Assembly (NCBI GenBank): GCA_951406725.2
Contig: OX597826.1
Location: forward strand, 4,960,001-5,024,000
Reading direction: 5' to 3'
Source of the DNA: Octopus vulgaris
Taxonomy: Eukaryota
DNA length: 64,000 nt
Part shown: in pieces, positions 1 to 13,428 of the stretch
Layout: each line of letters starts with the position of its first letter
How positions within the stretch are numbered: position 1 is the stretch's first letter
The notes under the pieces: model-generated
Told to the model about the DNA's origin: nothing
Database searches by the model: none
What the model saw: only the letters and a program-made list of their open reading frames with translations
Program-made: the position numbers and the translations under genes

Positions 1-77
1 TTGTCACAATACGGAGGATTTTCGAAAACTCTGTAGCACAATTACAGGCGATTCACAACTTCACTCACTCGTACGAG
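1..77 (+). CDS. Internal coding exon (5' end at or before window start) of a Cys-rich uncharacterised protein (DUF7042/7043/7044-like)
   Basis: Frame from position 2 reads CHNTEDFRKLCSTITGDSQLHSLVR and ends CGA G|GTAAGT, a consensus phase-1 donor at 78. The G completes GTT (Val) with the exon at 51924. Too short for the ORF track. Family assignment is from remembered motif similarity (LC..I.GD..L...R..P.PCPFQG). Confidence 0.85.
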
Positions 78-430
78 GTAAGTGGATTTTGATTTATTTA
101 TTGTCTTGAGGATCTTATCCATCTAATGCCAGACTTGTTCTATTGAGTCTAATAACATATGAGCCGATGTCGTTAGCAATTATTGCAGAACTAATTTCTG
201 ATGATTTGTTCTTTCCCTCGTCTCCTCTCTCACTCATTTTAGATGCGTATATACTTACATTCATACACATAAATACAGCCGCATCCATACAACCAGACAC
301 AAACATATGTATATGGAGAATAGGTTTAACTTAAATGTTTCGATTTCTCGTACTAGTTGATCAAGAATACGAAACACTGCATACACACACGTGCATATGT
401 ATGCCTGTGTGTATGTAATTCATTTGATAC

Positions 431-474
431 CTGACTGTCTGGTGAATGTCAGCTGGCCGAAACGTCGAAGTCAG
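431..474 (+). ncRNA. Degenerate minimal type I hammerhead-like motif (Penelope-like remnant)
   Basis: ctgact..CTGgTGA-atgtca gc tggcc-GAAAC-GTC..agtcag. Outer ctgact/agtcag pair; the core has one mismatch to CTGATGA. Confidence 0.4.
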
Positions 475-1052
475 TACCCTCTTTGTAAAAGTATTATAAA
501 TATACACACTACAAAATTAATCGTGTAATCCATCAGCTGAATGTCAGGCTAGAGTTTTCGTGAATATTGACTGAGTTAACCGCCTGGTTTTCACGAATTC
601 CCGTTTTATGTAAAGTTTAAGACAATTCAAATGAAGAATGAATAAACTATATTTGAATGTAATTCTACAAAGATTCGGAAACATACAGATCCAAAACATA
701 TTTATGCATTATCAAAGATTGACGAATATAAAGTACATGCAATGTACTGCTTTCTAGTTAGTGAGTTGTTTCTCACACACAGATGTAAGATTTGGGGCCA
801 CATCGGCAGGGATCAACTTCGCATCCTTTCCAGATTCAAGTACTGGTATTGATCTAATCGAATAACCCCCCTGGGATATTTTTCTTGTTTCTTTACTTAA
901 TTTTTGAGAGAGGTCGGGTTCATTTTTAGTATTCTCGTTTGTAAGAGCAGTCGAGGCTATTTCAGATATTCCCGTTTTAAAATTCATCTCTGGCTAATCA
1001 TTGAGAGTACTTTAGTGTTGTCTTAGCAGAGGTTTGCGCTCTCTGAGTGCTC

Positions 1053-1108
<56 letters not shown>

Positions 1109-1145
1109 GTAATTATTATTGTTGTTGTTGTTATTATTATCATTA

Positions 1146-2100
1146 AGGTGTCAAACTAGCAGGATCCTTAATATGTTGGACAAAAAGCTTAGCAGCATTT
1201 CTTCTTGCTTTACGTTCTAAGTTCAAATGCTGCTCATATCGATTTGGCATTTCATTTGATAATATAAATGCCGGTTAAGTAACTGGGGTTAATGTAATCG
1301 TCTGACCTACCCCTCAAAAACTACTGGTTTTCTGTTTATAGTAGAAATAATTACGTTGCAATCTGGCTCAGTCGTTAGAAAGTCAGACAGAAGGCTTAGT
1401 GGTATTTCCTCCGGGTTTACTTTCTAAATTCATGTTCCGCTGAGGTCAACTTTGCCTTTCATCCTCTAGGGATTGATTAAGAAAAGTTACTTACCAGTCA
1501 GTAATTTGGTTTAATGTAATCAACTTTCTCCCTCCGTTAAAATTTCAGGGTTTTTTCCTAGAGTAGAATGAATTATTATCATAATTATTAATGAAGACGG
1601 CGAGCCGCTTCGTTCTGAGTTCAAATTCCGCCCAGGTTCACTTTGCCTAACATAATTTCGGAGTCGATAACATGAGTACCAGTTGAGTACTGGAGTCGAT
1701 GTAATCGGCTAGTACCCTCCTCCAAAGTTTCAGGCCTTGTACCAATAGCAGAAAGGCTTAAAAAAAACAAATTGCGCCCTTTTCAAGCCTAGCCAGGCTC
1801 ATGGGCCCGGTTTCTTGGTTTCTGTGGCGTATGTGTCCCCAGCAGCTGGGCGAGACGCCAGTCAATCGCAGCGTTACTCAAGAAACAGGAAGAGAGAGTG
1901 AGAGAAAGTTGGGGCGAAAGAGTACAACAGGGGTCACCCCCCACCCCCCTGCCGGAGCTTCGTGGAACTTTAGGTGTTTTCGCTCAATAAACACACACAA
2001 CGCCCGGTCTGGGAATCGACGTCGCGATCCTCCGACCGCGAGTGCGCTGCCCTAAACACTGGGCCATTGCGCCTCCACAGTAGAAAGGATTATTATTATT
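1146..2100 (+). mobile_element. Head-to-tail array of three B-family tRNA-derived SINEs (~1146-1352, ~1363-1578, 1596-1760 plus tail remnant 2079-2100) next to (TTA)n
   Basis: Each shares a B-box-like gagttcaaattcc, a ctttgcctttcatcc..gtcgat..gtaccagt core and a tagtagaaagg(att)n tail with other copies in the window. Confidence 0.8.
1761..2078 (-). mobile_element. C-family tRNA-derived SINE inserted in a B-SINE tail
   Basis: Minus strand starts gtggaggcgcaatggcccagtg..gattcccagaccggg (A/B boxes). Near-identical to the copies at 21647 and 49056. TSD agcagaaaggctta (1747-1760) / agtagaaaggatta (2079-2092). Confidence 0.9.
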
Positions 2101-2653
2101 TAAATTAAAAATTAATTTTCAAAAGTAAGCAACGTTGATGATATTTAGATTATGCGATTCTTCAAATAAAGCAAAGTGATGTCTTTTACTGCAATGTAAG
2201 ATGCATTATGGAATGTAGCAGCAAATGTTGTTCCAAATTTCCTTCGTCTATTTATCAATGTTTGGCATTAGAGCACCAATTTTCGACAAGTACCACTTCA
2301 AAAATATTGCGGTACTTTCAGGAGATTTTATGTTGTTCGTTGCTAATTACAAATCTTCTCAGTTTCGTCTGCAAACTAATTTGGCAAGTTCTGTGGAATT
2401 CTCTAGCCTATTAGCTATTGTTACTCCTTTGTTTTGGAGTTTGGAGGAGAGTTTTTCATTTATTTTTGAAAGCATCTTCGTATTAAATTATATTTAATAG
2501 TTTTATATTGTGAAACAAATACCATTTTACAAACACTTCTAGGTACATGTGCGTGTGTGTGCGTGTGTGCGTGTTTATATATATATACACAGTCACATAT
2601 ATTCACACACACATACATATATATGTGTATATATATATATATATATATAGTTA

Positions 2654-2776
2654 CACGGTGAGCCAACTTGTATGACAGATAAGATAACCATTAATATATA
2701 CGTACATGTACATTATGAACAAAGTAACCTAATGTAAATAACAAATCTTTTGGTGCGTGACTTTTGGACCACAGTG
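2654..2776. mobile_element. Possible Tc1/mariner-type MITE remnant
   Basis: TA-CACGGTGAGCCAA ... TTGGACCACAGTG-TA: 10/13 matching terminal inverted repeat with TA on both sides. Confidence 0.3.
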
Positions 2777-3489
2777 TAGTTTGTGAGTGTGTGTTTGTGT
2801 GTGTATGTGTATTTGTGTGTGTGTGTGTGAAACAGAAAAAGAGTTGTTAACATTTATGCATATTTATATAACTATGAATTTTAAAATATCAGTATATGTG
2901 TGTGTAGGTATACGCATGAGGGCATATGTGAGGGCATTAAAATTAGTACTGTTACTTTGAAACCGGTGTCCACCAAAGTATGACAAACATACAAATGAAC
3001 GTCCAAAGACCAAAGAATGTACGTAACCATAAACAACCTATCTCACTTCGATTGGTCGTTTACAAATATGCAAAATATTAACGGCGACAGAAACAGGCAG
3101 AGCAGATTTGATTGACAATGCAGGTATCGTTAAGCGGAAAGCAGAGGGCAAAAAATACTCAGACAAAACACGTATGCACAATTATAACTACACACACACA
3201 GATATAATATAAACGAGTAAAATCATTGCAGATGTTGAACAGATACGACAGGTATGTTGTTTCATTAAAATCAAATATGTCTGACACTTTAAATAGAAAT
3301 ACCTATGGTTAGACTGACATTAACTTTCTTAGTATATTTTGTTTATTTATTAATGTATGTATTTAAAAGAAAAAAAATGTTTACAATTGTAAAACAGGAT
3401 ATTAAGATTGTTCACTATACCCACTCTCGAGAGATAAATAGAAAGATAGATAGAGAGACGGACGGACAGATAGACAGACAAACAGACAA

Positions 3490-3546
<57 letters not shown>
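3490..3546. repeat. (GATA)n microsatellite
   Basis: Perfect tandem AGAT run. Confidence 0.95.
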
Positions 3547-4449
3547 CAGACAGATTGACAGACAAATAGATAGATTAATAACGTAAGAATATCCTTCTCG
3601 TTATACATATATATATATAATATTTTTTTGTATATATATATATATATACATACATACATACATATGTAACTATATAGATGGATAGACAGAGATTGATATA
3701 GATATGTGGGTATATATATGTGTATGTGCGTGTGTGTGTGAGTGTGTGTGTGAATGTGTGTGTGCGTGTGTTAATATTTTCTGTATATATACATATATAT
3801 ATATGTATAGTTCGTATATATATATATATATATTCACGCAAAATATTTTCGTTCCTAGTAAACCATATTTTAGCCAACACAAATACAGACCATCGTTCTG
3901 ATAAAATCATGCATGTTCTATTAAACAGAATGATAACCGTATACTAATATACAAATATATTAATCTACTACATATATACATTATCACGCACGCGCCATAA
4001 CACGCACATATATTCGTATAGATATGTATGTCATATGATACAAGGAATTATAGAGACCGACTGTTATATACATTCCAGCACACACACATGGGGTCTTACA
4101 TACGCAAGCCAAATACAAACACATATAAGTACTCAAGCATTGTTATATATATGCATGCAAATATACTTATGCACAGATACTTATACACAGACAAATAATC
4201 AAGCAGGATTTTAGAAGCCCAGAACTAACATTCCTAATCAGGAGATTATCAAAAGCAATGTCAAAATATATAATGCATTCATGAAGTTTAGCTAGTAATA
4301 AGTGCGTTTACACACGGATAATCAAACCAACATATTTTTGTGTACATATACTTAAGTCAAACAATACAGTTCCCTGTATGCAATGACAGTTATGCTTGCT
4401 AGCATGTGTCCATGTGCACATACTAAAGTATATGCATGCATACTTAAAT

Positions 4450-4492
<43 letters not shown>

Positions 4493-5052
4493 GGCATATA
4501 AATATACATGAATTTATATGTACGTGTATGCCTCGGTATGTACATACCTACATATATACATACAAAACTATCCTGTTGATGTTGAAGATATCCCAATAAA
4601 AGTGTCTTTATTATAGAAGAGAACCTATCTAGTTCTGTATTAGTGAAAAATGAGAAAATCTACACCAAGGAAGCATACAGGTAGAAGTGTCTAGGTAGTC
4701 ATTTGACCTGCTCGAATTAACATTCACATCTCTATTAAATCACGCATTGGTGCCTTATAAAAATAAGGGATACATTGAATGATGTGGTGCTATGCCTGAA
4801 GAAAATTGTAGAACCGTAACGACATAGAAATATTTCAATCACTTTCTTGTTCAATCGTGAAGGATTAGTGGTTAATTAAAGAATGCATCAACGACAATGA
4901 TGCATGCATATATTATTAAAACAATATCCTTGAAACGACAGCAAAGACTGTACTCGCTAAAACTGCATATCCCCTGCTCAGAACAAATTTTTAAATACGT
5001 AAGAAATGATGGACATTTTGTTCGTAGATATACAAACAGGCACTGCTAAAAT

Positions 5053-5154
<102 letters not shown>

Positions 5155-5756
5155 TTTATCTATCCATATTTGAGAAGCAATTTCATCATCTTTTGCATCA
5201 ACATATATTATTTCATTATAACCCCTCTATTTCTCTCTGTTGCACTCTCTTTGCTTCTCTCTTCATTTCTTCATAATCCTTCCTTTCCATACACACACAC
5301 ACACACATATATATACACACACACACACATACACATCCTGGCTCTTATCCGGGCTCTCCCGCCCTGGATTCATATCAGTATATTATTTCTACTTCCTAAG
5401 ATTTTACATGTACCAGCTTCTCCATTTCTTCACTGTCTATCAAAATATCTCCTCATTCCTACATATTTATCCTCACTTTACCACGCAAAATACTCTCCCC
5501 CCTCTCTTTCTCTCTCACTCTCTCTCTCCACCTCTTTCTCTCACCGCAACCCTCTCTCTCTCTCTCTTTCTGTATATCTCCTTTCCTCTCAACAAACATC
5601 CACATTTATAAAACATCTACTGAAGCATGCTCTGCTACTTATATGCATGTTTGTTAAATATCAACCTCATATTTCCTGCGATAAACTTAAGTAACTCATA
5701 TTTCTACTTAAAAGATACACACATACTATATAATTATATAAATGTGTTTGTGTGCA

Positions 5757-5804
<48 letters not shown>

Positions 5805-5978
5805 TTCCATCGGCGGAACGCCAGACACAACAATGTATAATGACTGTTAGAAGTTGGCCTTGCATATGGCGCCGAAACATTTCAGCAGACTTAATTCCAC
5901 ATCTACAAAACGTTCTCTTTCTATATTTTTCTTTCCTTTTTCCCCCTTATCTTTCTCGGTCTCCCTCTGCATGTCTCT

Positions 5979-6032
<54 letters not shown>

Positions 6033-6242
6033 GCATGTATGTATGTCTATGAGATTAGTGGTAACGCGACAATGCGATATTATTTGGCCTTGTTTTTGTA
6101 ATTAAAAGAATGACATCTATTTTGCTGCGTGAGGAAAACTGAATATCATTTGTTTTAACAATAAAAGAATGTCTCCATTGTTGTGGCTTCTATTATTCAA
6201 ATTTCAAACGTACAATGCTTTGTATATTTTCCAGAAACAATT

Positions 6243-6284
<42 letters not shown>

Positions 6285-6345
6285 GCACACGCACGCACAC
6301 ACAAACACACACACACACACAAACACACACGTGTGTGTGTTCTGT

Positions 6346-6729
6346 CTCTTTTATTTGTTTCACTCATTTGACTGCGGCAATGCTGGAGTACCACCTTTAG
6401 TCGAGAAAATCAACCCCAGGACTTATTCTTTGTAAGCCTAGTACTTATTCTATCGGTATTTTTGCCGAATCGCTAAGTTACGGGGACGTAAACACACCAC
6501 CCTCGGTTATCAAGCGACGTTGGGTGGAAAAACACAGACACACAAACACACATATATATACATATACGACGGGCTTTTTCAGCTTCCCTCTACTGAATTC
6601 ACCCACAAGGCTTTGGTCGGCCAAAGGCTTATAGTAGAAGACACTTGCCGAAGGTGCCACGCAGTGGGACTGAATCCGAAACCATGTGGTTGGTAAGCAA
6701 GCTACTTACCACACAGCCACTCCTGCGCC
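6346..6729 (-). mobile_element. A-family tRNA-derived SINE, full length
   Basis: Minus strand: ggcgcaggagtggctgtgtggtaag (A box), ggattcagtccc (B box), internal (TA/TG)n, tail ..cagtcaaatgagtgaaacaaataaaagag. Homologous to about 10 other copies in the window. Confidence 0.92.
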
Positions 6730-6740
6730 TATCTATTATT

Positions 6741-6970
6741 TATTTCTTTAATGCCCACAGGGGGTTAAATATAGAGGGGACAAACAAGGACAAACAAAAG
6801 GATTAAATCGATTACATCAACGCCAGTACGTAAGTGGTGCTTATTTAATCGACCTTGAAAGGATGAAAGGCAAAGTCGACCCCGACAGAATTTGAACTCA
6901 GAACGTAACGACAGACGAAATACCGCTAAGCATTTCCTCCAGCGTGCTAACGATGCTGCCAGCTCGCCGC
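6741..6970 (-). mobile_element. B2-subfamily SINE monomer (B head, distinct ccttgtttgtcccctct..gtggg..aaagaaat tail)
   Basis: Full head gcggcgagctggcagcatcgttagcacg. A 12-bp direct repeat ctatctattatt flanks it at 6729-6740 and 6978-6989. Confidence 0.88.
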
Positions 6971-7040
6971 TCTTGTTCTATCTATTATTCGTCTTGTGAA
7001 TCGTTGACGAGTTTTTATCCTAGACTTTCCACTATCTCCT

Positions 7041-7075
7041 GTTTCTGAAGAAGAGCTTTGCTCGAAATGTAAAAC
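7041..7075 (+). ncRNA. Minimal type I hammerhead ribozyme-like motif
   Basis: gttt-CTGAAGA-a-GAGC-ttt-GCTC-GAAA-t-GTA-aaac. Intact CUGAnGA and GAAA core, 4-bp stem II, stem I gttt/aaac. Confidence 0.55.
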
Positions 7076-7210
7076 CAACATTCTTTCCCTCCCTGACGTC
7101 TGCTAATACACCTGTTCGTTGTTTATACACCTCTCTTCGTCTTTTTGTTTTTCTGTAAATTTAAACTCTGTATACATGCACGTGTATCACTTTTGTTTGC
7201 ATATACATAC

Positions 7211-7277
<67 letters not shown>

Positions 7278-8284
7278 TATATATATATGTATCTCAGTGT
7301 CTGTAATTGTGCGTGTGTGTGTATGTGCGTGCGTGTTGAATCGATAGACGCGTTGTATTTGGGTTAGCAATTGTGTTTTGTGAGTTTGTATACTGCGCAG
7401 ATCGAAGTGGCGATTCGCATTTCTGACGAAATCTACAAAAAAAAAACGCAACCATTCTAAGTAAAAGGATCCGCAAAAGAAGACTTCTACAATCTCGCTG
7501 CTTTCACGCCAGCATGAACTCATTCTGAATCCTGAAACTCCTAAAAATTAAATATGATTCCAACTAAAATTATAAAACCGAAAAGCCAGATTTAATAGCA
7601 ATTTTTATGTGTTGTCTCTTGACTGAATCACGACGAACATGTTTGGTAATATTTAATTATTAAAATAACAGGACTGCATGCTACTAAGTGATTTTTGTAG
7701 TCTTTACAATAAGAATACAAGGTATATGATCAACTAAGAAAAAACATAAGTTGGTTAGTTGCAAACATTTAAAGATACTGAAGTCTGTGCAATATCTGCT
7801 ACACTTCACAATCTGGGAATTGTACGAAATAAACACACACAAAATCTCTCATACAATGGGCATTAAGATTGTTGTCCATCACCATTAATATTGTAAGAAA
7901 AAAATTTGTAGCCAATACAGTTCTTAGTTTTATTGACAGGAATAATATAAATCAATGTTAAGGAAGTCTGGCAATTATGATTTGTGTGTATGTGTGTGTG
8001 TGTATACACGTGCATACTCACAAGCTTACGTACACTCAGGTAAAAACATTCAGGCGTAATTACACCGATACATATAAGCATAGGCACTATACATATGCAT
8101 CCAACACGCACAAAAACGTACGTGTACATACACACACATAAAAAAAAGGTTGCAAAATTATACAGCAAAAATAACTACTGAATATAAGAACTAGATCTCA
8201 TTTATTCATTGGAAATCGGTGATTTAGTTCAGTTTATTTCAGTGCATTCGATAAAAGAGCACGTGTGTGTAGTGATAGATAGAA

Positions 8285-8319
<35 letters not shown>

Positions 8320-8324
8320 TAGAT

Positions 8325-8383
<59 letters not shown>

Positions 8384-8654
8384 AATAGATAGATAGATAG
8401 ATAGATAGATATCATAACGTAAGTGTTGTAAATCATTTTCAAATATATTTTACATAGGGTAAACAGTATCTGATGCAGAACTCAATACTGCAGGCAGAGG
8501 GTATAGAGCTTTCTCTATGGAATTGCGTCCTAAGCTGGGGTCCTTAAGGCTATCTTCAGAAGTTCAATACAGGGCGAATCTCAGAGTGGCACACACACCT
8601 GTATATATGTGCGCGCTCATTTGTATCTACACAGACAGACACACACACTCACAC

Positions 8655-8722
8655 CGAGCCTGGTCCGGGATTCGAAAGCACAACCTCATAATCGTAGCTC
8701 GACGCTCTAACCCTGAGCCTGC
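8655..8722 (-). mobile_element. Truncated tRNA-like SINE head
   Basis: Minus strand ggctcagggttagagcgtcgagc...ttcgaatcccggaccagg has A/B-box-like motifs. Not an intact tRNA. Confidence 0.45.
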
Positions 8723-9118
8723 TAAAATATATATGGTATAGTATAGTATAGTATAGTGTAGTATAGTATAGTACTGTACAATATAGTGTAGTGTTTGGTA
8801 GAATGTTAGACAAATCGTAGCATCATGAAATGTTTCTAATATTTGCCGTATTTTTCGATGTTATAAAGTTACAAATTGAACTTTCGTTTTCCCGTGGAGT
8901 GGAAAGTAAAACAAACTGCATTTCCATTAGACGCATTCTAGAACCTAGTTGAGTTCAATTAAAAAAGCCATTAATTTGAACAAATTAGCGGGAAAAAAAT
9001 AATCGAAAATTTTAGCAAACAGTTTGAACGTAATAAATTATATTTCTAAAATGATCAAAATGCTCCAACGAAAATTATTTGATAAAAAAATATATTAAAA
9101 TCAATGAAATAAAATAAA

Positions 9119-9164
<46 letters not shown>

Positions 9165-10315
9165 AATATAGCGGGGAGGGGGAGTATTTAATGAGGTGTA
9201 CGAGAGAATGGTAATGACATTTCGCCATCTTCTGTTGGTGAACCCTTCGTAAACTGTGTCAGGAAATTGTGTCAGCTGATAATGTGTTGACAGTGATATC
9301 TACACACCATTAACATACTTATATAAACACTAACAACAACAACAACAACAACATTGCTTCCACGTCTTTCTCGTTTACTACTACTGCAGCTGCTGCTGCT
9401 GCTACTACTACTACAACTACTACTACTATTACAAAAACAACAACAAAAAAGGGCAATCGTCACTGAAAATGAGTACAATTTCATTATCATCGCCATCGCC
9501 TTTGGCAGCAACAGTTGCAACGGAAGCCGTGGCAGCAGCAGTAGAGGCAAAAGGAAGAGGAAGGAACTGCACTGGCGATGGTTGATGCTGCAGCTCCGAC
9601 GACAATATCAACAATTTCAACAACTATAATAACAACAACAACAACAAAAAGAACAAGACAACAACATCAACGTCATCGTTCTCGTGACCGTTATCACCGG
9701 TTTCATCTTCAACGTTACGGCCGCTGTTTTATCGTTGCCATCGTCGCCATGGCTGTCGTCGTCGTCGTCGTCGTCTTTATTCTCACCAAATCTATCACAG
9801 CAACAGCACGTCGCAATTCGCATCATCTCCATTACCATTACCATCATCATCATCATCATCGTCAACATCGTCGCTATCGCTCTCGTCATCGACATCAAAC
9901 GTCATCATCAAAGTTATCCTCATCGCTATCAATGCCATCAAATATTGTCAATGAGATGCCATCAGCAGAGCAACAACTGAGCTCTCCATGGATGCTATCA
10001 GCCTCATACGCATGTCTTGGTTTTGATTTGGGTTTTGTTGCATAAAGGATCAAAGCGAGATGATCGCAAGTGGCGTTATGTTGATGAACGGCGGCTTACT
10101 CCAGTTTTTCTCTTTTCTCAAATGGATTTGCTTCAAGTCCCAATTAGATTTTCCAATGAAAAAAAAGGAACATGCACTTCAAAGTGAACGATGCGTGACC
10201 GATTGCCGCAACCCGCACTGTACGCTATAAAAAGCCTGTCCGATTTCTGCAGTATCCGACCATGAAACTTGAAGTAGCTCACTTGTAACTCCTGTATTGA
10301 TTGAAATACACACAA

Positions 10316-10365
<50 letters not shown>

Positions 10366-11533
10366 ACACAAACACATGTACACACACAGAGGCATTTGTA
10401 ATATACGCCCCATTCAGAAATAGCCCACGCCGCATTAAAAATATTTAGATGTTCCACACGCAGAGCGTTCACCCCACCTTCAAGAAACACTGGTTATACT
10501 CGATAGGGGTTGACAAAGATCTGAACAACAACAACAACAAAAATTACAATGAATCACAACGCAAGCAAATACGATAACAAGAACAACGCCAAATAGTTTG
10601 AATTGAAATTCTTACGCATCGCGTAATATAGCGTAATATGATTTAACGTAAAGAGGGCAAAGAAATGCATAATCAAATACGCAAACATTATGAGAAAGGA
10701 AGGCCTATGTCAAAATGACTGACCCGCTAGAGCAGAGTGGAGGGGAAAGTTAAGTAGCAAGAAGCTTTAGACATTGGTTAGAACTAATACTTTTGTGCTG
10801 TTACGTTTTACTGATTTTCTATTTTCTTTTGGATTTGGTGAAGTTTGACTGATCTCTATTACAGATAATGGTATGAGTTCTCTTGGGTGAGTATATTTCC
10901 TAGGTGGTGGGAATATGAGTGAGGGAATTTGTGAGTGTGAGGGAGGATTTGGTATGTCTCTGTTTTAAGGATGTTGTTTTGTGTTTGTTTTTTAGGTTGT
11001 TGGTTGTTAAATTTACTGGGATGTGAAAGTGATTGCGTTTGTCTTTTATTTGTTGTGTTCTCGTGATGTGATCTAGTGTCTGTCACACGATATATTTGCA
11101 AACTGTATCAGTACATATACTTACATTTGCAAGAACTACACACACACACACACACAAAGACGCGCGCGCACATACATATGCGTATGTATGTGTGGGTATA
11201 CACATGCGAACATTTAAGCATACGACAGGAAAATGAAACAGGTTCGTGTTGACAGTCTCAAGTGCAGAGAGCAAGACGTGTGTGCTTGTGTCTGTGTGTG
11301 TGTGTGTGTATGTCTGTGCCTGTTTGTCTGTGTTTAGAGATAGAGAGATAGAGAGAGATACATACAAACATGTATACATATACATGCATACATATACATA
11401 AATTCACAAACACACATATATATATATACACACGCAAACACACACACAGCTACACAAACACACACACACATATATATATATACGCATACACACACATACA
11501 CACACATATACATATATATATATATATATATAT

Positions 11534-11576
<43 letters not shown>

Positions 11577-11579
11577 CAT

Positions 11580-11610
<31 letters not shown>

Positions 11611-12076
11611 CACACGCGCGCGCATACACAGAAAGACAGATGAGGGAGAGACATACAAGTGGTGCCCCTGCACAGTCACGGCCTGTGGCCGAAGACGAAG
11701 CTGATGATAGAATAGTGTGTGTGTGTGTGTGTACATACAGTGAATGAAAAATGTATCCATTATCTTCCTGTAGCATTTGTATGCCTAAGAGTAGTCAATG
11801 TATTAAGATTGTTAACAGCTATTAGTTGTTATTTATATAACAGAACCTACATAAGTATTTAGACTGTTCCTTATCTCATTGACACGTCAAGGGACATTTT
11901 TCAAACATGGTTGACAACTCACATTATTTTGGCTTGTATTATACTGTGCGTATTTGTATATATTTGCCTGTGTTTATGTGTATATGTGTGAGCGTGCGTG
12001 CGTGTATTCACTGGTGAAATATTCTATTTGTATACGGTTTCATCTGTGCATATATTTGTGTATAACAATGACAACG

Positions 12077-12132
<56 letters not shown>

Positions 12133-12161
12133 TTTATAAATATATATATATATTGTTATAG

Positions 12162-12574
12162 TTGTTTCAGTCATTTGACTGCAGCCATGCTGGAGCACCG
12201 CCTTCAGTCGGGCAAATCGACCCCAGGACTTATTCTTTGTAAGCCTAGTACTTATTCTATCGGTCTGTTTTGCCGAACCGCTAGGTTACGGGAACGTAAG
12301 CACTCAGCATTGGTTGTCAAGCGATGTTGGCGGGACAAACATACTCACACTCAGACACACAAACATGCACACACACACACACACGCGCGCACACATACAT
12401 AAATATATATACGACGGGCTTCTTTCAGTTTCCGTCTACCAAATCCACTTACTAGGTATTGGTCGGCCTGAGCTTCTAGTAGAAGGCACTTACACAAGGT
12501 GTCACGCTGTGGAACTGAACCCTGAACTATGTAGTTGGTTAGCAAGCTATTTACCACACAGCTACACCTGCGCC
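12162..12574 (-). mobile_element. A-family SINE, full length
   Basis: Aligns along its length with the other A copies. Confidence 0.9.
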
Positions 12575-12575
12575 T

Positions 12576-12607
<32 letters not shown>

Positions 12608-13070
12608 ACAGACACACTAATACATTTATTCCTATACATATGTAATTTTCTCCCTGTGTGTTTCTGTGTATATGAGAAGAGAGAGAGAGAGAGAGTTCGT
12701 ACATACGTATTTGTATGCATGGTACGTGTTGGTAAGTACGTATATTTTTATGTATATATATATATATATATATGTTTGTATGTATTTAAGTAATAGGTAG
12801 ATAATTATTGTGTCTTTATCACCCCCAAACTGCAATGGTTTAAGAAATATTACTTGGAAAAATTCTGAAGAAATGTCTTTTTGTGGAAATGAATTCTTGG
12901 AAAGCTTTAGGCTTCCTAAAATGCTGCTATCTCATTCGTTTGGAGAAACCCTTCATATTTTAACAGAAATTGTTTTCAGTTTCAATCCTTCTCTTGTTTG
13001 CAGGATTTTCTAAAACGTGTTTATGCATCATATGATTAGTAAAATCCGCGATAAAGACATTAGTAGCAAT

Positions 13071-13128
<58 letters not shown>

Positions 13129-13179
13129 CATATGCATACATACTTATTCCACATCCTCGCGTTCCACATACATATATTC

Positions 13180-13235
<56 letters not shown>

Positions 13236-13428
13236 CACACACACTCATAGACGCACACAAACTGAATTCCATATGAATATATATGCAAATACCCACACAC
13301 ACCCCATACATATATACATACTTTCATACCGTAATTTATTCTTGAGTAATGGCGGTCGATTCGAGGAGAAAGAGCTTTTACAGAAAAGACCATTTCTCTA
13401 CTGTGTACAGTATTTCTCCAAGATGAAG

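Noticed and set aside
754-1053. 77-aa minus-strand ORF MNFKTGISEI...
   Set aside because: No recognisable motif or splice context. It adjoins agagcactcagagagcgcaaacct, which looks like the end of a non-autonomous repeat.
1801-2055. Paralogous-looking ORFs MGPVSWFLWRMC.. / MGPVSRFLWRMC.. (also 21597, 49091)
   Set aside because: Antisense translations of the non-coding C SINE.
6346-6729. tRNA-like A/B boxes in SINE heads as tRNA genes
   Set aside because: No complete cloverleaf or acceptor stem. They continue into SINE bodies and tails.
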